Below are positions 15,998-24,177 of a DNA stretch of 44,889 nucleotides, one piece after another; position 1 is the stretch's first letter; each line of letters opens with the position of its first letter. The notes beneath the pieces are model-generated. The model was not told the origin of the DNA and did no database searches. It saw nothing but the letters and a program-made list of their open reading frames with translations. The translations under genes were made by a program, and so were the position numbers. The DNA is from an uncultured Syntrophaceae bacterium. GTDB taxonomy: Bacteria; Desulfobacterota; Syntrophia; Syntrophales; UBA2192. Location of the stretch: the NCBI GenBank assembly GCA_964478885.1, contig CAYZKT010000003.1, positions 1 to 44,889 on the forward strand, written 5' to 3'.

Positions 15998-17676
15998 AAC
16001 CCTCCCCGACCGGCCGCCCTCGGGCGAGATGCCCGCGGTTCGAGCCTGACCAGATAAACGTTCTTTTGCTTGCAGGATTTGCGGCAGCAGGACTTCGCAC
16101 GCGGTGGTGGCATAAAGGCAGGCGGTGACTGCCCGTCATAGGGATTGCCTCCCCCGATGCTCAACGGATTGGTCGTCCACACGTAGATCCCGTCGATGCC
16201 CCGTTCGCGAAGACGCCTGATCAGCCTCTCTCGTTCCCCGGGGTTCCCGGAAACGAGGAAAACCCGGTCGAAGAAGAGAGGGCCCGCATGCTCCATGCTC
16301 CCGGCCTCACTGAACAGGATCACATCCCCCGCCGAGGTGTGCTGTTTGAGAAACTCGATTCGCCGGGCATTGTAGTCCTTGTACATCCAGAGATCGGTGC
16401 GCGCGTCCTGAAAGCTGTTCAACAGGGCCACGCCGCCGAAGAAAAGGAGCACCACGTACATCCCTCGGGAGTCGAAGATCCGCCGGTGATCCGCTCCCAG
16501 CAGAAGGACCACGAAGGGGACGAGCGGCAGCCAGACGGCAAGGACGCGGCTGACGACGGGCCTATGGATCACGGCGCCGCAGAGAACGCCGAGGATCACC
16601 GTGCAGACCAGGATCGGCTCGAGAGTCTCTTCCCGCCTCATCAAGCGGTCCATCCGTCCCGGGAAGCCGTAGAAACCGAACAGGACGGCAGGAAAGAACG
16701 CCATGAGATGGGACACGGTGATCCGTGCGGCCGAGAGCAGAACGGCGGCAAACATCAGCAGGACGGGCAGGACGGTCATGACGGCCCGCCCGACCGGGGT
16801 AACGTCACTGCCTCGCGACGCCGCAAGAAGGACGAGGGACAGGACCATGCTTCCGGCAAACAGGGCGAAGCGGATCCCCGAGAGCCCGTAGAAGGGCAGC
16901 ATCAACTTCAGGTAGGACCCGGGAAACCCTCCGTGAAAAATCGCATCGTGCAGCACGATAGTGGCAAGCGCCAGCGCGGCCCCCGCCGCATAAGCGGCCA
17001 ATTCCCTCCATCGCTTCTGCAGGGCGAGAACGGTTCCCGCAGAAAGGAGATAGGAGAAGGCCGCGAACAGGAAGTCCAGGCTGGCAAGGACGGAGACCCC
17101 GGCCAGGAAGGACGACCCGGCAAGATCGGCCCGGCCCTCGGTTCCCGCCTTGAAGTAACGGACGAGCAGGAAGAGCCCCATGACGATCAACAGGAGGGCA
17201 AGGGATTGCCCGGTGAATCTGAACGCGAGGAGAAGGACGGGTGAGCCGCCCAGGAAGAGTGCAAGGAGGAGATAATGAAGAACGCCCCGCGGCATCATCC
17301 GGTCCAGGGTCACGCCGAGGGACAGCGCGGCGAGAAATACGAACAGGACCGGCGTGAAATCGACGCTCCGCTCGCCGAATACGGGGTGGAACAAGCTCGC
17401 GACGAAGGGAAACAGCGGGGGGGGGACGGCGTAGAGCCTGTCGCCGCGGGACTCGAAGAGGTCCCGCGGTCCCGCGAGATCTTTCGGCTCGAAGCCGAAG
17501 CGGAAAGCCGGCGCATCGATCGCAAGTGCCCCGTTCAGGGAGAAGTTCTTCATCTGGACGTAATGGACGCCCTCGAGGTTGGTTTGCAGGCCGGGGGGCG
17601 CGAGGAAAAAGCACAGGCCCGCAAGCGCCGCGAGGACGGCAACAAGGAAGATCGTTTCCCCGGGGTTTCTCGTCAT
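15994..17676 (-). CDS. polytopic integral membrane protein with C-terminal soluble domain (possibly GT-C/ArnT-like)
   Basis: 560 aa from the ATG at 17674-17676 (MTRNPGETIFLVAVLAALAGL...). The longer track ORF to 17826 would overlap the upstream rSAM gene by 134 nt. It has at least 10 hydrophobic segments. The first-loop motif EGVHYVQMKNFSLNG resembles the first periplasmic loop of GT-C enzymes. The fold assignment is tentative. Confidence 0.5.
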   Translation of the reverse strand: MTRNPGETIFLVAVLAALAGLCFFLAPPGLQTNLEGVHYVQMKNFSLNGALAIDAPAFRFGFEPKDLAGPRDLFESRGDRLYAVPPPLFPFVASLFHPVFGERSVDFTPVLFVFLAALSLGVTLDRMMPRGVLHYLLLALFLGGSPVLLLAFRFTGQSLALLLIVMGLFLLVRYFKAGTEGRADLAGSSFLAGVSVLASLDFLFAAFSYLLSAGTVLALQKRWRELAAYAAGAALALATIVLHDAIFHGGFPGSYLKLMLPFYGLSGIRFALFAGSMVLSLVLLAASRGSDVTPVGRAVMTVLPVLLMFAAVLLSAARITVSHLMAFFPAVLFGFYGFPGRMDRLMRREETLEPILVCTVILGVLCGAVIHRPVVSRVLAVWLPLVPFVVLLLGADHRRIFDSRGMYVVLLFFGGVALLNSFQDARTDLWMYKDYNARRIEFLKQHTSAGDVILFSEAGSMEHAGPLFFDRVFLVSGNPGERERLIRRLRERGIDGIYVWTTNPLSIGGGNPYDGQSPPAFMPPPRAKSCCRKSCKQKNVYLVRLEPRASRPRAAGRGGL

Positions 17677-17692
17677 TCCATTCCTCTTCGGC

Positions 17693-18805
17693 TCAACCCA
17701 GCAGGGCCCGGTCCGGAAGCCTGCCCCCCTCGGCGAGGAACTTCCGCAGGCAGGCGTCGGGGCTCGGGTGGTTGACCTCGCCCGTAAGCGTGTAGGAGAG
17801 CCCCGGGCAGTTGCCGGTACAGGCATTCACGTAAGGGCACCCCTCGCAGAAGGAAAAGTTCGTCAGGGGGATCTCCTGCCTTCGCCTGAGGGTGCTGAGC
17901 GCTTCGTGGTCTCTCCATACCATCCCGAGGTCGTCGCGGTTGATGCGGCCGAGTTCGATGTGGGACAGCATCGTGCAGGGTGTGATGACGCCGTCGGCCC
18001 GCACGGCGAGGCCCGACCGGTAACAGCCGCACCCCGTCAGATAGCCCCGTTTCGGGGCCGTCAGCTCTTTTTTCCCGAGCCGGGCTTCCTCCATGTCGAG
18101 CCAGCCCCGCGCCTCGGCCAGCGGCCCCGCCATGGCCTGGATCCGGCCGTTGTATTTCCTAGTCAGGCGAAGGAGCGTCTCCATGGCTATCATCCGCTCA
18201 TCCGTGGTGAGCTGCACCATTTCGGCGTTTTTCCTGCACAGGCCCATGGCCCCTGCGGAATTGGTCCCGAAGGAGGGAAGGCCGATGTCTTCCAGCAGGA
18301 ACCGGGCGACGGCGTCGAGGTCGTGGACGTTCTTGCGGTGGATCGTGACGCGCACCGCCGCGTGAATGCCATGCCGACGAAGGGTCATGAGACCCTCGAT
18401 CGCCTTCGCGAAGCTCCCCCTGCCCCGCATGGCGTCGTGGCTTGAGGGCATGGAGCCGTCGATGGAGACCTGGACGTAGTTGCAACGTTTTGTCGAGACG
18501 AGAAAAGCCGCCATGTCGTCGTCGATCAGCGTCCCGTTGCTGAGGACGGCAAAGCGCATCCGGTTGCGGACGATGCCGTCGACGATCTCCTTCAGGTCCT
18601 CCCGGATGAAGGGCTCGCCCCCCGCCAGCGTCACCTCCGTGACGGCGCAACGGTTCAGTTCCTCGAAAAAGCGCAGCCACTCTTCGGCCGGCAGATCTTT
18701 ACCCGCATCGCCGGGGCTCTCGAAATGATAGCAGTATCGGCACCGCAGGTTGCAGCGGTTCGTGATATCGATGTCGACCTTCTTCGGAGTCCGCATGAGT
18801 TTCAT
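17693..18805 (-). CDS. radical SAM/SPASM domain protein (PqqE-like peptide maturase)
   Basis: 370 aa. It has the CNLRCRYC cluster, GGEPFIRED, and SPASM cysteines (GCGC...PC...CEGCPYVNACTGNCPG). Confidence 0.85.
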   Translation of the reverse strand: MKLMRTPKKVDIDITNRCNLRCRYCYHFESPGDAGKDLPAEEWLRFFEELNRCAVTEVTLAGGEPFIREDLKEIVDGIVRNRMRFAVLSNGTLIDDDMAAFLVSTKRCNYVQVSIDGSMPSSHDAMRGRGSFAKAIEGLMTLRRHGIHAAVRVTIHRKNVHDLDAVARFLLEDIGLPSFGTNSAGAMGLCRKNAEMVQLTTDERMIAMETLLRLTRKYNGRIQAMAGPLAEARGWLDMEEARLGKKELTAPKRGYLTGCGCYRSGLAVRADGVITPCTMLSHIELGRINRDDLGMVWRDHEALSTLRRRQEIPLTNFSFCEGCPYVNACTGNCPGLSYTLTGEVNHPSPDACLRKFLAEGGRLPDRALLG

Positions 18806-18809
18806 TCGT

Positions 18810-19121
18810 TCAGCCTCGATCCCGAGTATCCACTCCTCGTCCCTGATCTAATTCATATCCCACCAGCCCCTGCGCCTCCAGCGCCGCGATGAACTGGCGG
18901 GCGTGCGCGCCGGCGTCCTCGGGCACGTCGTCGGCCTCCTCGCGGAGCCTTCCGACGATGGAATCCGCATCGTGTTTCCCGTCGAGGAGCTTCCAGATGA
19001 AAACCCCCGTGGGGTTGAGTCCGAAGGCGTTTCCCGTGTCGGGGTCGAAGAGGATCGCCCAGTCGTCGAATTCCTCGCGAAGGACGATCAGGGGGTTGGC
19101 AATGGGATTTTTGACATCCAC
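18810..19121 (-). CDS. PqqD family peptide chaperone (RRE-type)
   Basis: I start it at GTG 19119-19121 (VDVKNPIANPLIVLREEFDDWAILFDPDTGNAFGLNPTGVFIWKLLDG...), preceded by AAGGAA at 7-nt spacing, giving 103 aa. The W.L.DG and I...L motifs are typical of PqqD-like RiPP recognition elements. The track ORF upstream of this start has non-coding-like composition. Confidence 0.7.
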   Translation of the reverse strand: MDVKNPIANPLIVLREEFDDWAILFDPDTGNAFGLNPTGVFIWKLLDGKHDADSIVGRLREEADDVPEDAGAHARQFIAALEAQGLVGYELDQGRGVDTRDRG

Positions 19122-19359
19122 GGCGCGTTCCTTTCGTTTAACCGGTGACGGGTAATTTGACGCTCCACCGCGCGGGCGCTCCTCCCGGGCGGCTGAAAAC
19201 AACCTCATTTCCAGCAAATACACCTGAAGTGCCGGATATTTTTGCAAGAAGCATACCGCGTGGAATCGTCAGGCAATTTCGTGCTTTAGGGTTGAACTTC
19301 CCCGGGAAAAAAGGTATGAATTTGGCGTTCATCGCAGCAGGGTCAAAAGGGGTGATGCG

Positions 19360-20646
19360 GTGGAGAAATTCGACGTCATCGTCGTGGGGGCAGGACTGGC
19401 CGGGCTGGCGGCGGCATGGACGCTGGCCGGCGAGGGCGTCGAGGTCGTCGTCCTCGACCGGGGCGACTACCCCGGCTCCAAGAATGTCTCCGGCGGCCGC
19501 CTCTACCTGAACCCCGTCCGCGACCTCTTCCCCGGCCTCTGGGACGAGGCCCCCCTGGAGCGGGCCATCGTTCGCGAGGGGGCCACCCTCATGGCCCGCA
19601 ACCGCTCCTTCACCTTCCACTACACCGGCAGCGAGCTGCGAATCGACAAGCCCCAGAGCTACAGCATCCTCCGCTCGAAATTCGACCGCTGGTTCTCCGA
19701 GCGGGTCGAGGAGCGCGGCGGGATGATCCTCGTCAAGACTCTCGTGACGGACCTCCTCCGCGAAAAAGGCAGGGTCTGCGGCGTCGTCGCCGGGGGGGAC
19801 GAGCTGCGGGCCGACGCGGTCATCGCCTGCGACGGGGTCCTGTCTCTCATCCCGGAGAAAGCCGGCCTGCGCGCCCCGGGGCGCCCGCACGACTATGCCG
19901 TCGGCATCAAGGAAGTGATCCGCCTCGAGCGCCCCGTGATCAACGACCGCTTCGGCGTGGCGGACGGCGAGGGGACGGCGCACCTCTACGCGGGAGACAT
20001 CACGAAGGGCCTCTTCGGCGGCGGCTTTCTCTACACCAACGGGGAGAGCCTGAGCCTGGGGTTGGTCCTCTCCATCGAGGACATGGCGAGGGAGGAAGCG
20101 GCGGGCGATGCGCCCGCGCTCTTCGAGGCCTTCAAGGCACGGCCCGAGATCGAGCCCCTCATCCGGGGAGGGCAGACGGTGGAATACGGCGCCCACGTAA
20201 TTCCCGAGGGCGGTTACCGGTCACTTTCCCGCCTCTGCGGCGACGGGATTCTCGTGGCGGGAGATTCGGCAGGCTTCGCCCTGAACCTCGGCTTCACCGT
20301 CCGCGGCATGGAATACGCCCTGGCCACGGGGTACCACGCTGCGAAGGCCGTCATCGAGGCAAAGAAGGCGGGCAGGTACGATGCCGCGGCGCTGGCCGGC
20401 TACCAGAACTCGCTGGAGGAAAGCTTCGTTTTGCAGGATTTCAAGACCTTCAAGGATACCCCCCGCGTGCTGTCGAACCCGCACCTGTTCGGCCACTACC
20501 CGGAGCTCATCGGGAATCTCCTGCGCGATCTCTACACCGTCCCCGCAGGGCCCAAGTCGCCCGTCTTCACGACGCTGCGCAAGCACCTGACGCTCAGCGA
20601 GCTCTGGACCATGCTCCTGGACGCAAAGGAGGTCACGAAGATATGA
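19360..20646 (+). CDS. fixC: FAD-dependent oxidoreductase FixC (ETF-quinone oxidoreductase-like)
   Basis: 428 aa, GTG start. It has the FDVIVVGAGLAGLAAA dinucleotide fold, and fixX follows in an ATGA overlap. Confidence 0.8.
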   Translation: MEKFDVIVVGAGLAGLAAAWTLAGEGVEVVVLDRGDYPGSKNVSGGRLYLNPVRDLFPGLWDEAPLERAIVREGATLMARNRSFTFHYTGSELRIDKPQSYSILRSKFDRWFSERVEERGGMILVKTLVTDLLREKGRVCGVVAGGDELRADAVIACDGVLSLIPEKAGLRAPGRPHDYAVGIKEVIRLERPVINDRFGVADGEGTAHLYAGDITKGLFGGGFLYTNGESLSLGLVLSIEDMAREEAAGDAPALFEAFKARPEIEPLIRGGQTVEYGAHVIPEGGYRSLSRLCGDGILVAGDSAGFALNLGFTVRGMEYALATGYHAAKAVIEAKKAGRYDAAALAGYQNSLEESFVLQDFKTFKDTPRVLSNPHLFGHYPELIGNLLRDLYTVPAGPKSPVFTTLRKHLTLSELWTMLLDAKEVTKI

Positions 20647-20918
20647 GCGACCTCAAGGCAAAGCTGGGCCTCAACGTCTTCAAGCCACTCCCCGCCCCGC
20701 ACATCCGGATCCGACAGGGCATGGAGCGCGACCCGCGGCTGAAGGCGGCCGTGAGGGCCTGCCCTGCGGGACTTTACGCGGAAGGCGCCGACGGGGTGTT
20801 CACCCTGACCATCGACGGCTGCCTCGAGTGCGGGACCTGCCGCATCGCCTGCGGCACCGGGGTGCTCGAGTGGGGCTACCCGGAGGGCGGCGCGGGCGTA
20901 CAGTTCCGCTTCGGATAG
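20643..20918 (+). CDS. fixX: ferredoxin-like protein FixX
   Basis: 91 aa (MSDLKAKLGLNVF...CPAGLY...CLECGTCRIAC...). It is embedded in a longer off-frame track ORF. The ATG at 20643 overlaps the fixC stop. Confidence 0.75.
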   Translation: MSDLKAKLGLNVFKPLPAPHIRIRQGMERDPRLKAAVRACPAGLYAEGADGVFTLTIDGCLECGTCRIACGTGVLEWGYPEGGAGVQFRFG

Positions 20919-20926
20919 AACAACCC

Positions 20927-21048
20927 GGGTACAGGGTTCAGGGTTCAAGGCAAAAGCAGTGGCTCGTGGTTAGTGGCCAGTGCGATGAAATGGTCACCGC
21001 TCATCAATCACGAACCACCAGTCACTAGTCACGAATCACTAATCACTG
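20927..21048. repeat. intergenic tandem-repeat-armed hairpin (fixX/acd gap)
   Basis: It has (CAGGGTT)x2 at 20931-20948, then a G-rich arm CAGTGGCTCGTGGTTAGTGGCCAGTG opposed by CACCAGTCACTAGTCACGAATCACTAATCACTG. The terminal CAGTG/CACTG pair perfectly. Confidence 0.6.
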
Positions 21049-21069
21049 TTTTGCACGAAGGAGGGGCAC

Positions 21070-22209
21070 ATGAATTTCAAGTTGACCGAGGAACAGGACC
21101 TGATCCGCAAAAACATTCGGGAATTCTGCGTGAAGAACGTCGAGCCCATCGCGGCGGAGATCGACGAGAAGGAAGCGCACCCGGCCGATCTCTTCAAGAA
21201 GCTCGGAGAGGGCGGCTGGATGGGCATCCCCATCCCCGCGCAGTACGGCGGCTCGGGATCGGACTACCTGACCCACGCCATCGTCGTGGAGGAGCTCTCG
21301 CGCTCGTGCTCCTCGACGGGGTTCACCGTGTCGATCCACGTGGGGATTGCCTGCATGCTGATCAACATCTTCGGCACGGAGGAACAGAAGAAGAAGTACC
21401 TCGTGCCGCTCGCGACGGGTCAGCACCTGGGCGCCTTCGTCCTCACCGAGCCCGGGGCCGGAACGGACGTCATGGCCGCCACGACGACGGCGGCCAAGGA
21501 CGGCGATTTCTACGTCCTCAACGGCACGAAGACCTTCATCTCCAACGGGCCCATCGGGGACACCTACCTCGTCTTTTGCTGGACCGACAAGGCGGCGGGC
21601 CGCAAGGGCATGAGCTCCTTCATCATCCCGAAGGGAACGCCGGGATTGAAGCCGGGCGAGCACTTCCACAAGATGGGCCTTCGCTCCTCGCAGACCTCGG
21701 AGGTCGTGTTCAAGGACTGCCGCGTGCCCGCGGCAAACCTGCTGGGCGCCGAGGGCGCGGGCATGGTCAACGCCGGGACGGCCTTCGACCACGGACGCGT
21801 GGGCATCGCCGCGCAGGGCGTGGGCATCCTTCAGGCGGCCCTCGACGAGTCCATCCGGTACGCCAAGCAGCGCGTCCAGATGGGAAGCCCCATCGCGCGC
21901 CACCAGGCCATCTCGTGGATGATCGCCGACATGGCGACGGATCTGCAGGCCGCCCGTTTCCTCACCTACTGCGCCGCCTGGCTGAAGGACAACAAGCTGC
22001 CCTTCACCAAGGAGGCCTCGATGGCGAAGCTCTTCGCCGCCGAGAAGGCCATGCACCACACGACCAAGGCCGTGCAGATCCACGGCGGTTACGGCTACAT
22101 CAAGGGAGCCAAGGTGGAGCGTCTCATGCGCGACGCCAAGATCCTCGAGATCTACGAGGGCACCTCGGAGGCCCAGCGAATGGTCATCTCGGGCATGGTT
22201 TTGCGGTAA
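21070..22209 (+). CDS. acyl-CoA dehydrogenase (short/medium-chain, butyryl-CoA DH-like)
   Basis: 379 aa. It starts MNFKLTEEQDLIRKNIREF and ends EIYEGTSEAQRMVISG. It is a typical ACAD with the catalytic Glu in the YEGT context. Confidence 0.85.
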   Translation: MNFKLTEEQDLIRKNIREFCVKNVEPIAAEIDEKEAHPADLFKKLGEGGWMGIPIPAQYGGSGSDYLTHAIVVEELSRSCSSTGFTVSIHVGIACMLINIFGTEEQKKKYLVPLATGQHLGAFVLTEPGAGTDVMAATTTAAKDGDFYVLNGTKTFISNGPIGDTYLVFCWTDKAAGRKGMSSFIIPKGTPGLKPGEHFHKMGLRSSQTSEVVFKDCRVPAANLLGAEGAGMVNAGTAFDHGRVGIAAQGVGILQAALDESIRYAKQRVQMGSPIARHQAISWMIADMATDLQAARFLTYCAAWLKDNKLPFTKEASMAKLFAAEKAMHHTTKAVQIHGGYGYIKGAKVERLMRDAKILEIYEGTSEAQRMVISGMVLR

Positions 22210-22212
22210 ACA

Positions 22213-22284
22213 CAGGGTCTCGGGTATCGGGTCTAGGGTGAATCCAAAATCTTCTTCCTTCCCCATACCCGAACCCCTATACCC
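22213..22284. repeat. intergenic tandem-repeat-armed hairpin (acd/etfB gap)
   Basis: The 5' arm is CAGGGTCTCGGGTATCGGGTCTAGGGTG (7-nt period). The 3' arm is CCCCATACCCGAACCCCTATACCC. Confidence 0.65.
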
Positions 22285-22302
22285 ATTTTTCGGAGGCATG
22301 AA

Positions 22303-23073
22303 ATGCCGAACGTGGTGGCCTGTTTCAAATGGGTCGTAGACGAGGCCTACATCCGCCGGGGGGCCGGCGGCGCCCTGGACTTCTCGGCGGTGGACTACAA
22401 GATCGGGGAGTACGACCGCAACGCCATCGAGGAGGCCGTGCGCCTGCGCGATGCCGGCGGCGGGGGCAGCGTCATCGGCGTGACCGTCGGCACTCCCGAG
22501 TCCGCAAAAGGCGTGAAGGATGCCCTGTCGCGCGGGATGGATATGGCCTTCTTTGCCGCCGACCCGTCCTTCAAGGACCTGGAGCCTTCTCATACGGCGG
22601 CGATCCTCGCCGAGATGATCCGCACGCGCATCCCGCAGTTCGACCTTGTCACCTGCGGGGAGGGATCGAGCGATCTCTACGCCCAGCAGGTGGGGCCGCG
22701 GCTTGCGGAGCTGCTCGGCATTCCCTGCGTCTGTTTCGTCCAGAAGCTCTCTCTCGATGGCGGAAAGCTCAGGGCCGAAAGGCGCGTCGAGGACGGCATT
22801 GAGGTCGTCGAGGCGCCGCTGCCGGCGCTGGTCACGGTGCTGCCCGACATCAACACGCCCCGGATCCCGGGCGTGAAGGACACGCTGATGGCCGGGAAAA
22901 AGCCTGTGACCGCCGTCAAGAAGGACGAGCTTACCGGAAAGGTCGAAGAGGTGCTGAAGACAACGGCCATGACGGCATCGAGCATGGAGCGGACGGGGGA
23001 AAAGCTCGCGGCCGACGCCGCCGGCATCGCCCGTTTCGTCGATTCGCTGCGCAAGAGCGGCGTGATCAAGTGA
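22303..23073 (+). CDS. etfB: electron transfer flavoprotein subunit beta
   Basis: 256 aa starting MPNVVACFKWVVDEAYIRR. It belongs to the EtfB/FixA family and sits directly upstream of etfA. Confidence 0.85.
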   Translation: MPNVVACFKWVVDEAYIRRGAGGALDFSAVDYKIGEYDRNAIEEAVRLRDAGGGGSVIGVTVGTPESAKGVKDALSRGMDMAFFAADPSFKDLEPSHTAAILAEMIRTRIPQFDLVTCGEGSSDLYAQQVGPRLAELLGIPCVCFVQKLSLDGGKLRAERRVEDGIEVVEAPLPALVTVLPDINTPRIPGVKDTLMAGKKPVTAVKKDELTGKVEEVLKTTAMTASSMERTGEKLAADAAGIARFVDSLRKSGVIK

Positions 23074-23083
23074 GAGGAAGGAC

Positions 23084-24031
23084 ATGGCGGGTATCTGGAT
23101 CGTAGCGGAAACCAGGGAACAGGCCTTCGAGCTGCTGGGCGCGGGCCGATTGCCGGCGGCGGACATGGGGGCGGCATTGACGGCGGTCGTCTCAAAGGGG
23201 CCGGCAGTGCCGGAGGAATGCATCGCCCGCGGCGCCGACGAGGTCCTTTTGCTTGCTGAACTCGTGCCGGGGGAGCCCTTCGGGGCGCACCTGCCCGTCC
23301 TCGAGCAGGAGGCCCGGGCCTCATCGCCCGCCCTGATCCTCTTCAGCGCGACGGCAAGGGGAAAGGAGCTGGCCGCCCGCCTGGCCGCACGGCTCGGTGC
23401 GGGGCTATGCAGCGCCTGCACGGCGATTTCCTTCGACAAGGCCTCTAACGCCGTTGTCATGGAGCGGATCGCCTACGGCGGCGCCGCCACCCAGAAACTC
23501 GCCTCCTCCGCCGGGCCGGTCCTGGTCACGGTGCCGCCCCGGAGCTTCGAACCGGCAACCGTTCTCGACAGCAGGCAGGGCAGGACCCGGGAACTGCCCG
23601 CACCGCCGCCTTCGGCCCTGAAGATCGTCGAGCGCAAGCCCAAGGAGAAAGTGGCGAAGGACATCACCGAGGCCCGGGTCATCGTCTGCGCCGGCCGCGG
23701 GTTCGACAAGAAGGAGGACCTCGCCCTTGCCCGGCAACTCGCCGACGCGCTGGGCGGGGAGCTCGGCGCCACTCGGCCGCTCACCGAGGAGGTTCACTGG
23801 CTGCCCGAGGATCTCTGCATCGGGCTTTCCGGCGTGCAGGTCAAGCCGGAGCTCTACGTCGGCCTCGGCGTCTCGGGCCAGGTCCAGCACATGACGGGCG
23901 TGCGCGGCGCGAAGGTGGTCTGCGCCGTCAACCGAGACGAGAATGCGCCGATCTTCGCGCTTGCCGATTTCGGAGTCGTGGGCGATCTCTACGAGGTAGT
24001 GCCGAAGATCATCGAGGAGCTGAATAAGTAA
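23084..24031 (+). CDS. etfA: electron transfer flavoprotein subunit alpha
   Basis: 315 aa with the C-terminal FAD-binding signature LYVGLGVSGQVQHMTG...VCAVNRDENAPIF. Confidence 0.85.
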   Translation: MAGIWIVAETREQAFELLGAGRLPAADMGAALTAVVSKGPAVPEECIARGADEVLLLAELVPGEPFGAHLPVLEQEARASSPALILFSATARGKELAARLAARLGAGLCSACTAISFDKASNAVVMERIAYGGAATQKLASSAGPVLVTVPPRSFEPATVLDSRQGRTRELPAPPPSALKIVERKPKEKVAKDITEARVIVCAGRGFDKKEDLALARQLADALGGELGATRPLTEEVHWLPEDLCIGLSGVQVKPELYVGLGVSGQVQHMTGVRGAKVVCAVNRDENAPIFALADFGVVGDLYEVVPKIIEELNK

Positions 24032-24059
24032 GCCCCCTGCCGTGACGAGCAAGGACCCT

Positions 24060-24084
24060 CGCCCGCCCGGGCGGGGGTTTTTTT
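24060..24084 (+). terminator. intrinsic terminator after etfA
   Basis: CCCGC-CCGG-GCGGG hairpin followed by GG and T7. Confidence 0.6.
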
Positions 24085-24177
24085 ACGGGCGCTCCGAGAT
24101 TTCGGTTGTCATTCACGTGGCGATTTAGTATGCATGCCCGGACACGACAAACGCCCTGCGGAGGATCAAGGCCGTTC

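Noticed and set aside
15994-17826. 610-aa version of the membrane protein ORF
   Set aside because: The first 50 codons (MPVPATARGSPTRLRARSTTRAPTPA...) overlap the upstream rSAM gene by 134 nt and look non-coding. The ATG at 17676 lies just after that gene's stop and begins a proper TM segment.
19225-19250. Sigma-54 (-24 GG / -12 GC) promoter in the divergent region between the PqqD-like gene and fixC (GCCGGATATTTTTGCA and the reverse-strand CGGCAC...TTTGCT)
   Set aside because: The GG-to-GC spacing is wrong on both strands (about 8 and about 17 nt instead of the required ~10-11 nt).
20957-21048. Strand-specific RNA structure inferred from G-U wobble positions in the hairpin arms
   Set aside because: A few arm mismatches would be G-U pairs on the plus-strand transcript. 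In the 26.1-kb element, however, the analogous position favours the strand opposite to the flanking genes. There are too few positions, counted by eye, to claim strand specificity.
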